A DNA stretch of 64,000 nt, from positions 1,054,001-1,118,000 of the forward strand of contig MU053881.1 of the NCBI GenBank assembly GCA_013239625.1, read 5' to 3'. Made by a program: the position numbers and the translations under genes. Of this stretch, positions 25,507 through 38,250 are shown piece after piece; the first letter of the stretch is position 1, and every line of letters begins with the position of its first letter. The notes beneath the pieces were generated by a model. It was given only the letters and a program-made list of their open reading frames with translations, searched no databases and was not told the origin of the DNA. The DNA is from Lama guanicoe (taxonomy: Eukaryota).

Positions 25507-26704
25507 CTCAGGATATGACTACACACAAAAATGTAAGCCCTCAACAACCCCGGCCAAACAAAACAAAACATACGGCAAACACCAGAACTGGGGGCAATAC
25601 TGCCCACACGTACGTCAGATGAGAAGTCAACTGACTTTAATAGAATGGTTCTTCAAATTAGCACAGAAGAAACTAACCCCCTCACCAACCTGTTCAAGCC
25701 CCTCACCTCCTGCCAGGTCCAGTTTCCTCCTTTTCCTCCTCAAATCTAAAAAAGTAACGTTCACCGTTTATTACAATATGGGAGGGGGAGGGTAGAGCTC
25801 AGTGGTAGAGTGTGTGCCTAGCAAGCACGAGGTCCTGGGTTCAATCCCCAGCACCTTCAATAAAAAATAAATAAAACCTAATTACCCCCCAAAAAAGTAT
25901 GCAGCGCTGCATGTCAGTTATATCTCAATAAAACTGAAAGAAAAAAAATTTTTAAATATGCTCTATTCAACACAGATGATATATCATTTACAACAGAAAG
26001 TTAGAATATATTCACTTAAGGATGCAAATGTTTTCTCCTACCAGTTATTGCCTACTGCCTCATTTTAATGATGGCATAACATTGCACCACGTGACTAAAG
26101 CATAATTTTATGTAACTGATTATTTATATGACATAGACACATAATAAAATTTATTTCCCTGTTAGAGGTTGGATCGGCCACTAACTGTAATGAATACCAT
26201 TGTTGCTAAATCTATTGCTCATCCTTTACTATTTCCTTAAACTGAGTCCCTCAAAGTACGATTGCCCATCAGGCTTTCTACGCCGGAATGTTCTGTTGTG
26301 GTTTCACCTCTTCCTGTTCCACTGAGCAGATGCCCACCCCTCACCTCTTCACGCCACCAGGTCCTTCTCAGCTGTGGCTGTTTGATAGCAACCACAAGGC
26401 TAGACTTATTATTGTAAGTTGTCTGTATTTGACGGAAATGAGGTTCCATTTAAAAATATATGTGCCTTTTCAAACAGTGGTCCTCTTATATTTTATGATT
26501 GGCTTATCCACATCCTTTATTCTACTGAGATTTTTTAGTTTCTTCTGTGCTAATTTGAAGAACCGTTCTATTAAAGTCAGTTGACTTCTCATCTGACGTA
26601 CGTGTGGGCAGTACTGCCCCCAGTTCTGGTGTTTGCTGTATGTTTTGTTTTGTTTGGCCGGGGTTGTTGAGGGCGTACATTTTTGTGTGTAGTCATATCC
26701 TGAG
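25507..26704. repeat. 170-bp inverted repeat pair (25507-25676 and 26535-26704)
   Basis: Manual reverse-complement alignment: ungapped, 4 mismatches. Confidence 0.96.
25780..25896 (+). mobile_element. tRNA-Ala-derived SINE (Vic-1-like)
   Basis: A box agctcagtgg, B box ggttcaatcc, tail aataaataaaacctaattacccccc-A6 shared with the other copies. Confidence 0.9.
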
Positions 26705-26909
26705 ATCTTTTCCTCTCTGGTGCTTCCCTTGGGGGCCGTCTTTGGCATTTCGTGCCCTCTCCAGAAGTTCATCTTCTGGCGGTTTGCTCAGGTCGCCCCC
26801 AGCAGTGACTCCCACAGCCTGGTCAGCAGCGTGGTTTCCCAGCTCTCACCCACCGCCTGACCATTCCCGCTGCACGTTCAGCAGCAGCAGCCCCACACCC
26901 ACGATGTCT

Positions 26910-27796
26910 CCTGGGGACAAAACTCCCGGGGCCCCATGCAAAATGAAAATGTGGTTCTCTTGTTCCAAGAGCAGGATAAAGTGTCGTAAAAGGTACCTAC
27001 ACCAAAGCCTTTTCCTTTCTTCCACAGTCTCTCAACCTGTCAAGATTTTAAATTTTCTATTTATTGTCACTCACAGTGAAGAAAAACTAAGCTTTTTCAT
27101 TATAATCATGAATTTTCCCATAAATCTTCATATTTCGCAAAGCCTGTTTTCAATGCAGATATTAGAACATTTAACTTGCACGAGGGAATCCCTGGAATTG
27201 AGCAGATTTGAACTTTGTGGCTCATGCCCAAAGGATGCCATGGGCTAGCCAGAAGTTCCAAGCACCAGCCAGACTCAGGAAGGTTGGGAGGAGGAAGAAA
27301 GGACCCCCAGGAATGGAGCGACTAGGAAGTGCTCCCTCAGGGCCCTGGCCCTGGGCAATGCGGGGTGTGCCCACTGAGGCCTGACAGCAGCCTGTCCCCC
27401 CACAGCCACCTCTGGAAGAAGGCAGGGCATGGTGCTCCAGGCCAGGGGGCCTGGGGATGTCCAGCCAGGCATCTCCCCTTCCCCTGGGGCCACTGCCCCA
27501 ACCCCGGCCGTGCCCCTCCCCAAGATGCCCCAGGGCACGTGTGTCCACCCTGACTCTCCCTGCAACTGCATGCAAGCCCCTGCAGGGGACAGAGGGTGGC
27601 AGTGGTCGCAGAGTGGAGATTAGGCAGCCAGAAGCCTGTCCCAGGGAGGTAAGGCCATGCATGAGGCAAGGGTTCACTGTCCCATCGGAGTTCACTTACA
27701 AAACACAAACTCAAGGGTGAAATGATGACGAATTTCAGGATGGTCACCGCGGAGTCTTGAGCCCCAAGTGCAGAGCCCTTCTGTGCACCGGCCCTG
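26910..27796. mobile_element. MER45-like hAT-Tip100 element
   Basis: ggggccccatgcaaaatgaaaatgtgg...aaaggtac...ttttcctttcttcc at one end and gaatttcaggatgg...ccggccctg at the other. Confidence 0.7.
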
Positions 27797-28748
27797 GTCA
27801 CTCACCCCTGAGCCCAGGGGCCTGAGCCCTGCCCTGAGCCCCGCAGCCCGGCCCGCCATCGCTGCTCCCAGCTGTGTCCTGGCTTCCTGCCGCAGGGCGC
27901 CGTTCTCACGGCCAGCCCCAGCCTCCGCCCCTCCAGAGCCCAGCTCGGACCTACCCCCCTTCTCGGCCTGCTGCCCGGAGGAAGAGAGCTGGGCCTTCTG
28001 AGCACTGGGGCCAGGCCGTGCGCCGAGGCCTTGTCCTCTGGGGTCCTCTGCACTAATTTTTAGCTCTCACACGCCGTGGCTGCTGGCAGACCCAGGATGA
28101 GGCCCTGTTTCCTCGGCCCAGGGGCCCTTAGCCTTGCCAGGGAGGCTGGGGAGCCTTATCCATGCGTTTGTGTGTGTGTAGGGGGGCTCTCGTTCCCACC
28201 ACTGAGACAGCCCGGAGGAAGGGGCTGGGAGGGCAGGGCTGGGAGCGCAGACAGATGTGCGGCCTGTGCAGCCAGCCGGGCTCCTCCAGGCCCCATGCCC
28301 CGCACACGGCTGGCCCTGCCTGGGGCCCCTGCTTCCATGTGCCTCTCCACAGCTCCTCGGCCGCCGTCCCGCCCCTGCCCCTCTCAGCGCTGGCTCAGCC
28401 CCAAGGTTGAGGAGTGCCCCTTTGCGCTGGGAACCGCTGTTCTGTCTGACCCTCCGCCCGCCCCTGGAAACATGCTCCCCGCTGTGTCTGGGGCTCCCAG
28501 GCTGGGATGCGGCCGACACTCCTGAACACGCCTGCCGCTGACTCTGGTGCTTAGGGAATCAGCGCATTTTCACCGACTTACTCCACTAGCTTCCCTGAGC
28601 TCGTCCGGGAGCCACGTGGGGACGCAGCCACCGTGTGCGTGGCCCCGCCAGATGCTTTGTCAGGTGTGGACGGAGGCTCCTCTCTGGGCTCAGGTGAACG
28701 GGAGGCCAAGGATGAATGCCTGAGGGGAAAGACTTGAGAGTCATTATT

Positions 28749-28852
28749 TTTATTTATTTATTTTTAATTGTAGCCGTCAGTTACAATGTGTCTGTTTCTG
28801 GTGTACAGCATTACGTCCCAGTCCTGCATATGTACACATACATTGGTTTCCA
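28749..28852 (-). mobile_element. Very short L1 3' tip (about 100 nt) with 15-bp TSD
   Basis: TSD ttgagagtcattatt (28734-28748) / ttgagagccattatt (28853-28867); shares ctggtgtacagcat with the element at 14014. Confidence 0.8.
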
Positions 28853-29253
28853 TTGAGAGCCATTATTAAAGTAATACGTTTACCTATGCTTTTTAAAAAG
28901 TAAACCTATTAGTGCCAAGACTTCAAGAAATATAAAACTTGGGCCCAAGCCCAGTGCTTCCTACGGGGCTGGTAGCATTTAATGGAAACACCGATTTCCA
29001 TACTCCTCTTCCCAGAGAAACCAAAGGCCTTGGTGTTTGCTTTGCATCTCAGCTCCTGGGAACCCATCCTCGCAGGGTGTCAGAGGTCGCCAAGGCCATG
29101 GGACACATGTGAGGTGTCTCCCCCCGAAGTGCCACTTGTTCTGAATGGCAAGCATTTTAAAAACATCAATTTTATGTGAAAGTAAACTTGGACATGTTAC
29201 TGGGTAAAACGAAATTCACATGAATTTTTCAAGATAAACTGGAGATGCTAAAG

Positions 29254-29438
29254 CAGGGTTGGCAAGGGCCAAATTCAGCCCATTATCTGTTTTTGTAAAT
29301 AAAGTTTTATTGGGACACAGCCATGCCCGTTCATTTATGAACTGTCCATTACTGCTTTGGTGGAGTTAAGTAGTTGGGACAGAGATCACATGGCCTGCAA
29401 AGCTACTATCTGGCGCTCAAGAAATATTTGCTATCATG
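29254..29438. mobile_element. MER58A-like hAT-Charlie MITE
   Basis: cagggttggcaa...tgtttttgtaaataaagttttattgggacacagccatgcccgttcattta...tggcctgcaaagc. Confidence 0.82.
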
Positions 29439-31206
29439 ACATAAAGAAATCTACTTGCTTAGTGCCCACCTTGAGCTGTGGCCCCAGCACGATGTAGATG
29501 CAATTGTGTTCCACTGTGTCAGTGCACCGGGCATAGAATGAGGACCAGCTTTGGAGCCAGAAGCAGCTGCAGCCTAATCCTGGCTTTTACCGACCTGGCA
29601 AAGTTCTTGCCTTGCCCTGACCTTGGTTTCCTCATCTTTAAACCTCCTGCCCACTCTGACCAGTAAAGACTGGCACATTCCCTGGCAAGAGGGGTTCCCA
29701 GGAGACAAGCTTTCTCTCACCCACTTCAGGCCTCTGAGCCTCTGCAGCTGGAGCAACTGTTTCCTGCAGGCCATTGCCGTGACCTCAAACTTGAGCTGAG
29801 CTCCACTCTTTCCCTGCTCAGACCCCAGCCCATCTCTACACCAGGCTTGCCAACTGAGTGAGTCTGTAAGGTCACTTCGGGGATTCTTTCTAAAGCAACT
29901 GAATGAGCGTTTTAAAACAGGGCAAGGAGAGCAGATTTCTGGGCAGGCAGAGCTGTCCTTCCCAGCTAGTTAACTGCTGATGCTCTGGAAGAATTCCTGA
30001 GTCCCCAGCGCACCTCTTTTGTTCAGGGCAGACACACTCCTTAAGTTTATGGAGAACTTGGGATCGAAAGGGGCTTCTGAGCCATACTGTCTGACCCCTC
30101 CAGCAGAGGGGTGATCCTCTGTACAGTGTGTTCTTAAACAATCTTTGTCGAATGAATGATTTCTCTCTGTGCCAGGATTTGGATATTTTTCCTCTTTTCT
30201 TTTCTAATTTAATCCAGAAATTGGCCTGGGCTCACCAGAGCCTTGCCAGGGTTTGCAAACAATCGGAGAGGCACACGGGCTCTGTTTCCCACCAGCTTCC
30301 AAGAACGCCGGGGCCGCGTGGTGATGGTGGGGAAGGCAGCGGCAGGGCAGGAATGTTCTCTGCCGGGCTCGGGAGGGGGATCTTGTGAACTGGCCACGGA
30401 GCTGCAGACCCGCCCGGGGGAGGGCGCAGCCCCAACTCCTGTTCACGTGTCTGGCTCTGGCTCTGGCTCCTGGGAAAGAGAAAAACATCTCTGGAGGTGG
30501 ACACAAAAACTCGGTTCCTCTTACGCTGAAGGGGAAAGCAAGCAGGGCTCCCAGGCAGGGGGGACACATTTGGGTTTGGGTCTGGCCATAGCGAAGCGTG
30601 GGAGGGTGGGGGCGGAGCTGTCACCCTCCCCCGGCAGCTCCCCAGGCCCCAGGATGTGCTGGGGCTGTGGGTCACAGCAGGGCCTTCCTGGCACTGTTCC
30701 TGCTGCTCATTCTTGTCCCAGTGGCCTGAGACCACGGACCTATGCGCCACCAGGAGACATGACTGGCAGGGCCAGCAGTGTGGGTGAGGCTGATACAGTG
30801 TTTAGAAGAGGGCCACGTCTCAGATGCTGACGGGGGCCGGGCAGGAGGCCTCAGCAGCGGGGTGGGGGGGCTGTGGACCATAGGAGTGGGTGGAGACGGG
30901 GGTGACAGGAGAGGCTATGCCCCTGGAGATCCCCTCCTGGGTCCCCTTCACTTGTGGTCACATCGGAACAAGCAGGCCCACCATTGCAAGCATTTTCTTC
31001 TTCTTTTTTTCCCCTGAGTAGCTGGAAATCCAACTTTTACAGGAAATCTAATTATTTTTCGATGTTGGCAATGGACTGAAATGAAGACCTCACACTGCAC
31101 TAGCGAACCAGCGCATGACTGGTCGCTCAGTGGGTGGGTTGTTCCTTCAGGCCTGGAAGAAAGGAGGCGACTGCCTGCTCTGCTGTGTGCTGTCATGGGG
31201 GATAAT

Positions 31207-31225
31207 TAGTGCCCCCTGCTGGGGC
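31207..31225 (-). promoter_or_regulatory. Candidate CTCF site within MIR-derived sequence
   Basis: Reverse complement GCCCCAGCAGGGGGCACTA contains the CCAGCAGGGGGCAC core. Confidence 0.55.
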
Positions 31226-34200
31226 TGTTGGGAGTATGATTCCAGTTAAACATCAGAAAACTGCTTAGCAGCGCGCTGGACACGTGGAGGGCACGCCTCA
31301 AGTGTCAGCTGTCCCTTGTCACGTGTTCCCACAAGGGATGCTCTCTAAATTGATCTAAATTGGGCCCCACTGTGGGCACTGGGGGGCAGAAGCAAGCAGT
31401 TGTATCCCTATGCTTAGAGAGCTCAGAGTGTGGGAGGGGTGGGGAGCAGGGCAAGGAATACCTAATTACGCCCTGGTTAACATACCTGCTGATGGTACAC
31501 GCACCATGGGGTCACAGGGAAGGGCGCCTCAGATGAGGGCCACTTGAGCTGCCCCTGAATCAGAGGTAGAGTTAACTGGGCCGAGTGGGGAGTGGGCATG
31601 ATGTGTGCTGGTGGTGCTGTGGGTGCCAGAACAGCATGTGCAAAGGCCCAGTGGCATCGCCACAGCACAGTGCAATCTTGAGCCCAGCTGGAGTGAAGGA
31701 TGCTGGGGGAGAGGCAGGAATGAGGTTGGCAAAGCCTTCTGTGCCAGGCTAAGGGGCCTGGGAGTCACTGACACACTGTCAGGGGGGTGATGAGGTTGAT
31801 TTGGGGTTGAAAGAGATAAACATCTCTCTTAGGGAGTTTGGGGCTCATGCCTTTTTCTATTGGAAATGCCTGTCCCTATGGCCTGGGAGCCTGAGTTTTC
31901 ATACACCCTGGCCCCATGCAAGGGGCACTCATACGATGTCTCTACATTGTCCCAGTGGCCCTTTGAGGTTCCTCTTCCTTAAGGTCACTGAGTCTCAGAA
32001 AGGTTGGGTGGTACCGCTGAGGCAGGGCAGATGGAATTCACCTGTGTGGCCTGGATGCCGGTCCTCTCTCGGCTGTTCTGTCCTGAAGAGCCAGTGCCCC
32101 TGAATCCTTGAGGGAGCTCCAGGGCACTGGTCCTCGCTGACCTCCCAGCAGCATTTGGCATCGCTTGCCCACGACCCCGACTCTCCGTCATCCGTCATGC
32201 CCTTGGCTTCTCCACCTGCTGTGTCTACTGTTCTCGCTAAGGCTTGCTCAGCCACCCACCCACTCGTTCACTTAGCACACGTCTACAGAGCACCTACTAT
32301 GTGCCAGACACAGTTCTAGGTGCTGGAAATGTCGTGTGAGCCGGCCTGAGGTCCTGCCTGTGTGGAGTCACGTTTCAGTGGGGGTGGGTGTAGACCACAG
32401 CCCCCGCCCTCCATGATGAGGATGCGGGCGGAGAACGTTCTGACGGCGGGGAGGAGGGGTTGGGTGTGCTGTCTTCACGTCTGCCTCTTCTTCCCTGAAG
32501 TGTGCAGCGCTCCCCTACCCCCAGGACTCTCCTACCTCCCTCCCCGATCCGGGAGCCTCCTGACAGCTGATGAGGGAAGCCTCTGAGCAGCCTGTCCTTG
32601 GCCTCCCTGAGGGGGCTGGCAGTTGTCAAAGCGGGACTGAGAGTCCCCAAGGATGAGGAGGGCCAGGCAGCGTCCCTCCTTGGTGACAGCTCCAGGCAGC
32701 TGCACAGCTTGTCTCCTGCAAGCCTTTGCAAGGAAGTGACAGCAGAGCCAGAAAAGCAGAGAGCAGGGCTCCCCGTCTGGCTGTCGCTCCCACGCAGGCC
32801 CCTCCTGGGTGCCCCCTGGGCTGCTGGAGTTGCTGCCGAGTGACTCTGGGATCATCCCCTGCCTGGGGTGGTCACTTGGCAACATGTCTCAGAAGGGTTA
32901 GGGGTTCACACAAAGGCGCCGCAAATTTAATGCCAGATTCGGAGGGTCTGCTTACCTGGTTTTGCATGTTCAGCGCCTGGCAAAGAGCCAGGCACGTCGT
33001 AGGTGTGGAGGAAATGTCTTGTGAACGAATGAATCAGTGAGTAAATGATTTCTCGCTAAGTGACTGTGGGCCCGCAGACTTTCATAAAACATAGGGTCTG
33101 CCTGTCCGTGGAGAGGGAGCCCCTGCGGCACGAATGTCCTTGTCCCTCTTCCTGACTGACGCCCAAGGCTGCTTTTCTCCACCACGGATTCTGGAAGTTT
33201 GAATCACCGGGCTGTAGGGACGCACGGTTGTAATTTTAGCAGATTTGCCAAATCGCTGTCCAAAGCCTCTGCCCTGGTCCCCACTTGTGCTCATATGGGT
33301 GAGTTTCTCAGCTTCTCTGAGCCTGTCCTCCCAGTGGTACCTGGGGACAGCGATGCCCACCTGCACGTGCGGGAGGTGGAAGGCGATGTGATGTGATGTG
33401 AGGTGAGGAGGCACCTGGCACAGGTCTGGGAGGGTCAGAGCTGAGCAACGACGTGCAGCCATCGCTCCTTCATCCACGACATCTGCCAGACCAGCGCAGC
33501 TCTTGTCCCTGAGAAGCTTGGTTCTCTTGGGGACACACTCGCTTTCCTGAGGGCAGCAGGAGGGTCAAGGGCCTTGGCTGCCCCGAGGCAGAGCCAGCGC
33601 CCTCTGCCTGGCTGGGGAGGTCACAGCCAAGGTAATCCTCGAGCTGATTTTGACCACAAGTTGGTGTTTCTGGAGTGGAAAGATGGGGAGTTGGCATTCT
33701 GCACAGACCTTGGGCATGTGTCCGGAGTGGGGCAGGCATGGGGGTGCAGGGCAGGGATGGATCTGGCCCCGGCAGGGGAGCTTGGATTGATCCTGAAGCT
33801 TTGGGAGCCAGCGGGTTCTAGGCATTGAGGCTGCAACAGCTAAGGATGCAGAAAAGCCCCCGGTTCCCAGGGGCTCAGGTCCAGCCGAGCGAGGTGGCCG
33901 TGAACGATCTAACAAACAAATGAGGAGATTTGAGGCCATGATGGGGCAGCGGAGGGAACAGCCTGGAGAAGAGCGGCATTCGAGTTAGCTTAGCAAGTTC
34001 CATGGGAACGTCCATGGGAAAGGCCGTGGGACGCGGCAGAGCTAGCGGGAGGGAGGCAGCCAGGTGAGGGGGCGGGGCTGTCCTCATGCCCCGCCCCCGC
34101 CCCGCCCCGCGCGCCAGAGCCTGGCAATGAGACGGCGCGGGCCTCTGTGGCCCTTCTGACCCTGAAGCGATCTGGGCAGATACTTGCGCTTCCAGGATCT

Positions 34201-37200
34201 CAGCACCTCAGCCTTCGGTTCTGGGCTCCCTGTGTCGCAGGGCGGGCTCGTGCATCTTCTCATCCGCCCACTCGTTCCCGTGTTCCAGCTCCGGGGTGCC
34301 TGCTCTTGGCCTGGGCCCAGGTGGTTGCACTGGGGACAGAGGTGGCAAGGGAGCACAGCGACTCCAACAGGTTCTCGTGGTGCAGGGGGCCACGCGCTGC
34401 GCAGAAGGACACAGCCGTTTCCCGCTCTTCAGGGAGGCTCCTGCGTTCTGGGTGTCAGGGATCTGCGCTGGGGGATTTCTCTTTCCGGGAGGGATGCGTT
34501 CACAGCAGACCGCTCTGGCTGCACTGAGGTTTCTGAATGTTGCTGGGAGCTCGGAATTCCCAGCGAGCCCCCTGCCTGTGCCAAAGGCACAGGTGACAGT
34601 GTGAGCTGCAGTGGCTTCCTCAGTCTCTCTGTGCCCGTGCCTGGTGGGCGGAGCCTCTCCCTTCTTCCTCATCATGTGGGGAGGCTGGCCTGAGTTCTCG
34701 CCATTTTTGCTGTGAGGGGGGGTGTCAGGTCTGGCCGCAGGCTCTTTACCTGGGCTGCTCAGGTGGGCTGAGCCCCACCTGGTCCAGGTCTGCAGCCGTG
34801 ATGACCTGCCCATTCTGAAGCCCCTCCCAGTCCACACAGCCAGCTACCTCCCACCGCAGCCACCACACACAGGAGCTTCTGGAGCCCACACAGCCCACTC
34901 GGGGGCGGGGCGGGAGGTGGAGGGCGGGAGGCAGGCCGCCACTCGGGCCAGGCCACTCCCAGGAGCCCCTCCCGCTTTTTCCCCTCCTGCTAGTGCTAGC
35001 GCTGCTTTGGGAGAGGACTCTACTCTGGCAATGTAGTCGCATCTTAGGGTCCAAGTGGGGAGCAGTGGCCGGGGGGAGCCTTGACTGTGGGTCTGACTCC
35101 CTGCCTCTCCTTAGCCACCTCCCCTGCTCTCCTCCATCAACCAGGGCCCTTGCTCCTCCCATCTTCCCCTCCCCAGGGACCTCCCAGGGGCCAGGTCCCC
35201 CATCCCCACGGTGATATTTTCCCTTTCTTTCCTTGGGGCCAAATGGTGATCGGAATGCAGAAGGATATGAATTCTAGGAGGAATGAACAATCGTTCTTTT
35301 CACGTGACATGGTGGGGCCCAGCTGGACACAGGTGGCAGAGCTCACGTGACATGGTGGGGGCGGTGCTCACAGGCTCTGGGATTGGTGGCAGGGGGCTGG
35401 GGGAAGGATGCCACGAGGTGTCGCCCCCAGGGCTCTGGTCAGGGGCGCCGAGGAGCTCGGGGCCAGGGCTGCTGCCGGCAGGAATCAAGGTCTCTTCTCC
35501 TTCCTGTCAGCGGCCTCCAGACTGGCGTTGGGGGACATCGGGCCCTGGCTGTGGCCTCAGCTGTGTCCTTCTGTGCCCTGCAGCCTCAGCAGAGCCTGTC
35601 CTTTCCTGTTCTGTGGCATTATCCCTTTCTGATGAGCTGCCAGTGGCGCATGGGAAGGTCAGGCCCCAAGTGGTGGCGTGGCTGTTGGTCAGCTGGCGGT
35701 AGGGGCTGGCAGGGGCTGACAGGAAGAACCCCAGGTCCGTATCCCACACCCTGGTTTCCCAGGAGGGGCTCTGGGAGGCAGCCTGGGTGTGTGCTGCTGT
35801 CCCTTCCTGGTGGCCCTGAGGAGGGCCCAGGTGGGCCCAGGAGGAGGACTCGGGGTGTTTGCTTGACCTTCCATCATTTGATGGCAGCTGTATTGAGCCT
35901 GTGCTTTGTTCCTGGGATTTTGCTGAATGCTCTAAATAGAGTGTTGAGGTCAGTCCTTGGTCACAGCCTGCAGGGCTAGAACTAGTATTGCGTCTATTTC
36001 ACAGATGAGAAAACTGAGGCTCAAACAGGCAAAGTACCAGGTCCAAGTCACAGGTCAGGATGGCGGCCAAGCCTTCCTGGAGCTCATGCAGCCTGACATA
36101 GTGAGGAGAAAGGAGCAGCTTCCTGTGGTATTTAGCACCAACATGGGTAATTGTTGAAGGCAGCTCTGCTTCTTCATTTGCACAGTAAAGATTGAGCCTC
36201 CACTGGGGTCTGGGCATCAGCCTCCTTGCCTGGGGGTGGAGGAGCCCCTCGGCACCCTGGGGGTCTGCAGAGGTATCCCCAGGCCCAGCAGAGTGTGGCC
36301 TGGTGTGGTACTGGGGAAGGAATGGTTTCACCCTCCTGGGAGGAGCCGAGGTGGGGGTCCTGGGGGCGTATCCTTGGGCTGAAGGAGGGGCTCTACCCGC
36401 CTCCCATTTTTGTTCACAGTACGACCTTGGTAATTCCTGCTCTGCCCATTTGCATTTCCTGACAGTTTGATATTTTGAGCAGAAGCTAGAGGCTTGTTTG
36501 TTCTTGCTTTGCCTCCGAAGCATTTGCTGCGAAACGAGCTGGTACAGGAGATCTGCAAAGGGAGTGTTTATTCTCACGATGAGACCGGGCTTTCGCAGCC
36601 CTACTTATGTGTCATGAGATGCACGGGGATGAGAATACTCCTCGTGGGAAGCCGGCAGACTTTCTGCCCCAGCTTCCTCGGCGCTCTCTTCACCTCCCCT
36701 CCCCTGTGGTGGTCCACGCCTCCTCCTGGGGGCTCAGAGACACCAGCCTGCTGCCCAGTTAGATCAGGGGTTCCCGGAAAAGCTACAAAGCTGGGTGGCA
36801 CCTGCCTCCCGAGGCCTCCCCGCAGACCTCCAGGCTCGGCTCCTCCCCGCAGGGTGCCAGGTACAGCTGGGGCTCCTTCTCAGTTGCCAAAGCTTGGCTC
36901 AGCAGAAGAGGTGGTGACCTTCCTGGAGGTTGAGGGATGGGAGCCCAGCCTGCAGCTCTGCCCCTGCCTGTCCCAGTAGGAGCCTCATGTCCAGGACCAG
37001 TCCCCTCTGTCCTGACCTGTCCCTCCACCCTGGCAGAGGAGAAAGTCACCCCTGCCCCGCAGCCTCAGGCCACCTGCCAGGGCTCACCAGTCACCGGGAT
37101 GGAACTCTGCCACCAAGAAAGCAAACTTTTACATTGTCATGCAGACCCTGTGTCCTTCCTTATTGTCTATTCCAGAACAGAAACTTGGCTGCATCTTTGC

Positions 37201-37509
37201 ATAAGCAAAAGGCGCATTACAATGTATTTCCCCAAACAAGAGAGCCCTTGGCCTCTCTGCACAGAGAAGGGCTGCGGCTTTGAACGTTTTCCCCCAAGGT
37301 TTAAAGATTCCAGGATCAATTTCTCAGACAAGGCTCAAGGACGTTGTCCCCGCCTCCCCTCCCCCTGCGGTCTGGGCAGAGGTGAGTAGCTTCTCCCCAG
37401 CACACAGGCCTCTGGAGGGCCGGTGGGGGTGGGGAGGCACTTGGGCACTTAGCTGGGGCATCATGGGCCCCACTGCTGTCATTTCCTCTTGTTCCACATT
37501 CTCTAAAGT

Positions 37510-38250
37510 TATTCATGCATTCATTTCTTCAAAACTCTTTCCTGAGCACCTACTATGTGCTCAACACTGCTGGGGACATAACAGTGAGCGAGCAGGAGGG
37601 GTGCCTCCCATGTCAGGTACATAGTCTGGTCTGAGAGCAGTCACTCTAAGGGCTCACTTTGAGCAGGGGGCAGTTGTGCTGGGGACGGGCACAAGAAGCC
37701 AGCAGCACAGCAAGTGCAAAGGCCCTGAGGTAGCGATGGGCTCCTTGTGCAAGGAGTGCGGATGTCAGCAACTGGACTATGGTGAGCAGGGTGAAGACAA
37801 CCTGAGAAGAGGCAGCAGGGCTTCGATTTTATCCCAAGTGCAGTGGGAAGGCCCTGGGGTGGGCGTGGGGGAGGGTAAGTGGGGGGGTAACTGCCCCCCT
37901 CCTTTGAAGCACATTGATTGCTCTTTGATTTTTCAAATGCTCTTTGGGTATTTCAAGATTTCAGGGGCTGGAGAGGAAATTCCAGGTATGAGCCACTGCA
38001 CAAGCATCAGAGAAGGTGGAACTGTCAGTCTTGCAAGTTCCTGGAGGAAAGTAACTGAAGTGGAGCTCAGAGAAGCAGTCAGGGCCAGTTTTGAGGAAGC
38101 CCCAAGTGCCAGCTGAGGGCTGGGGCCGGTTCCTGAAGGCACTGGGGAGCCATTGAAGGTCTCAGGCAGAGGAAGGAGGAGGTCAGATCTTTTCTGAGTG
38201 GTGACCAACGTGAAGAACGGTGCAGGAGGGTGGGGGGTTGGGCAGGACAA
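37510..38250 (-). mobile_element. L2 fragments
   Basis: cattcatt...tgagcacctactatgtgc (L2 3' end, antisense) and cactggggagccattgaagg...tcagat. Confidence 0.65.

Noticed and set aside
25481..26772. Two near-identical peptides (SGYDYTQKC...KLAQKKL) on opposite strands, suggesting a duplicated gene pair
   Set aside because: They are simply translations of the 170-bp inverted duplication of decayed L1 sequence.
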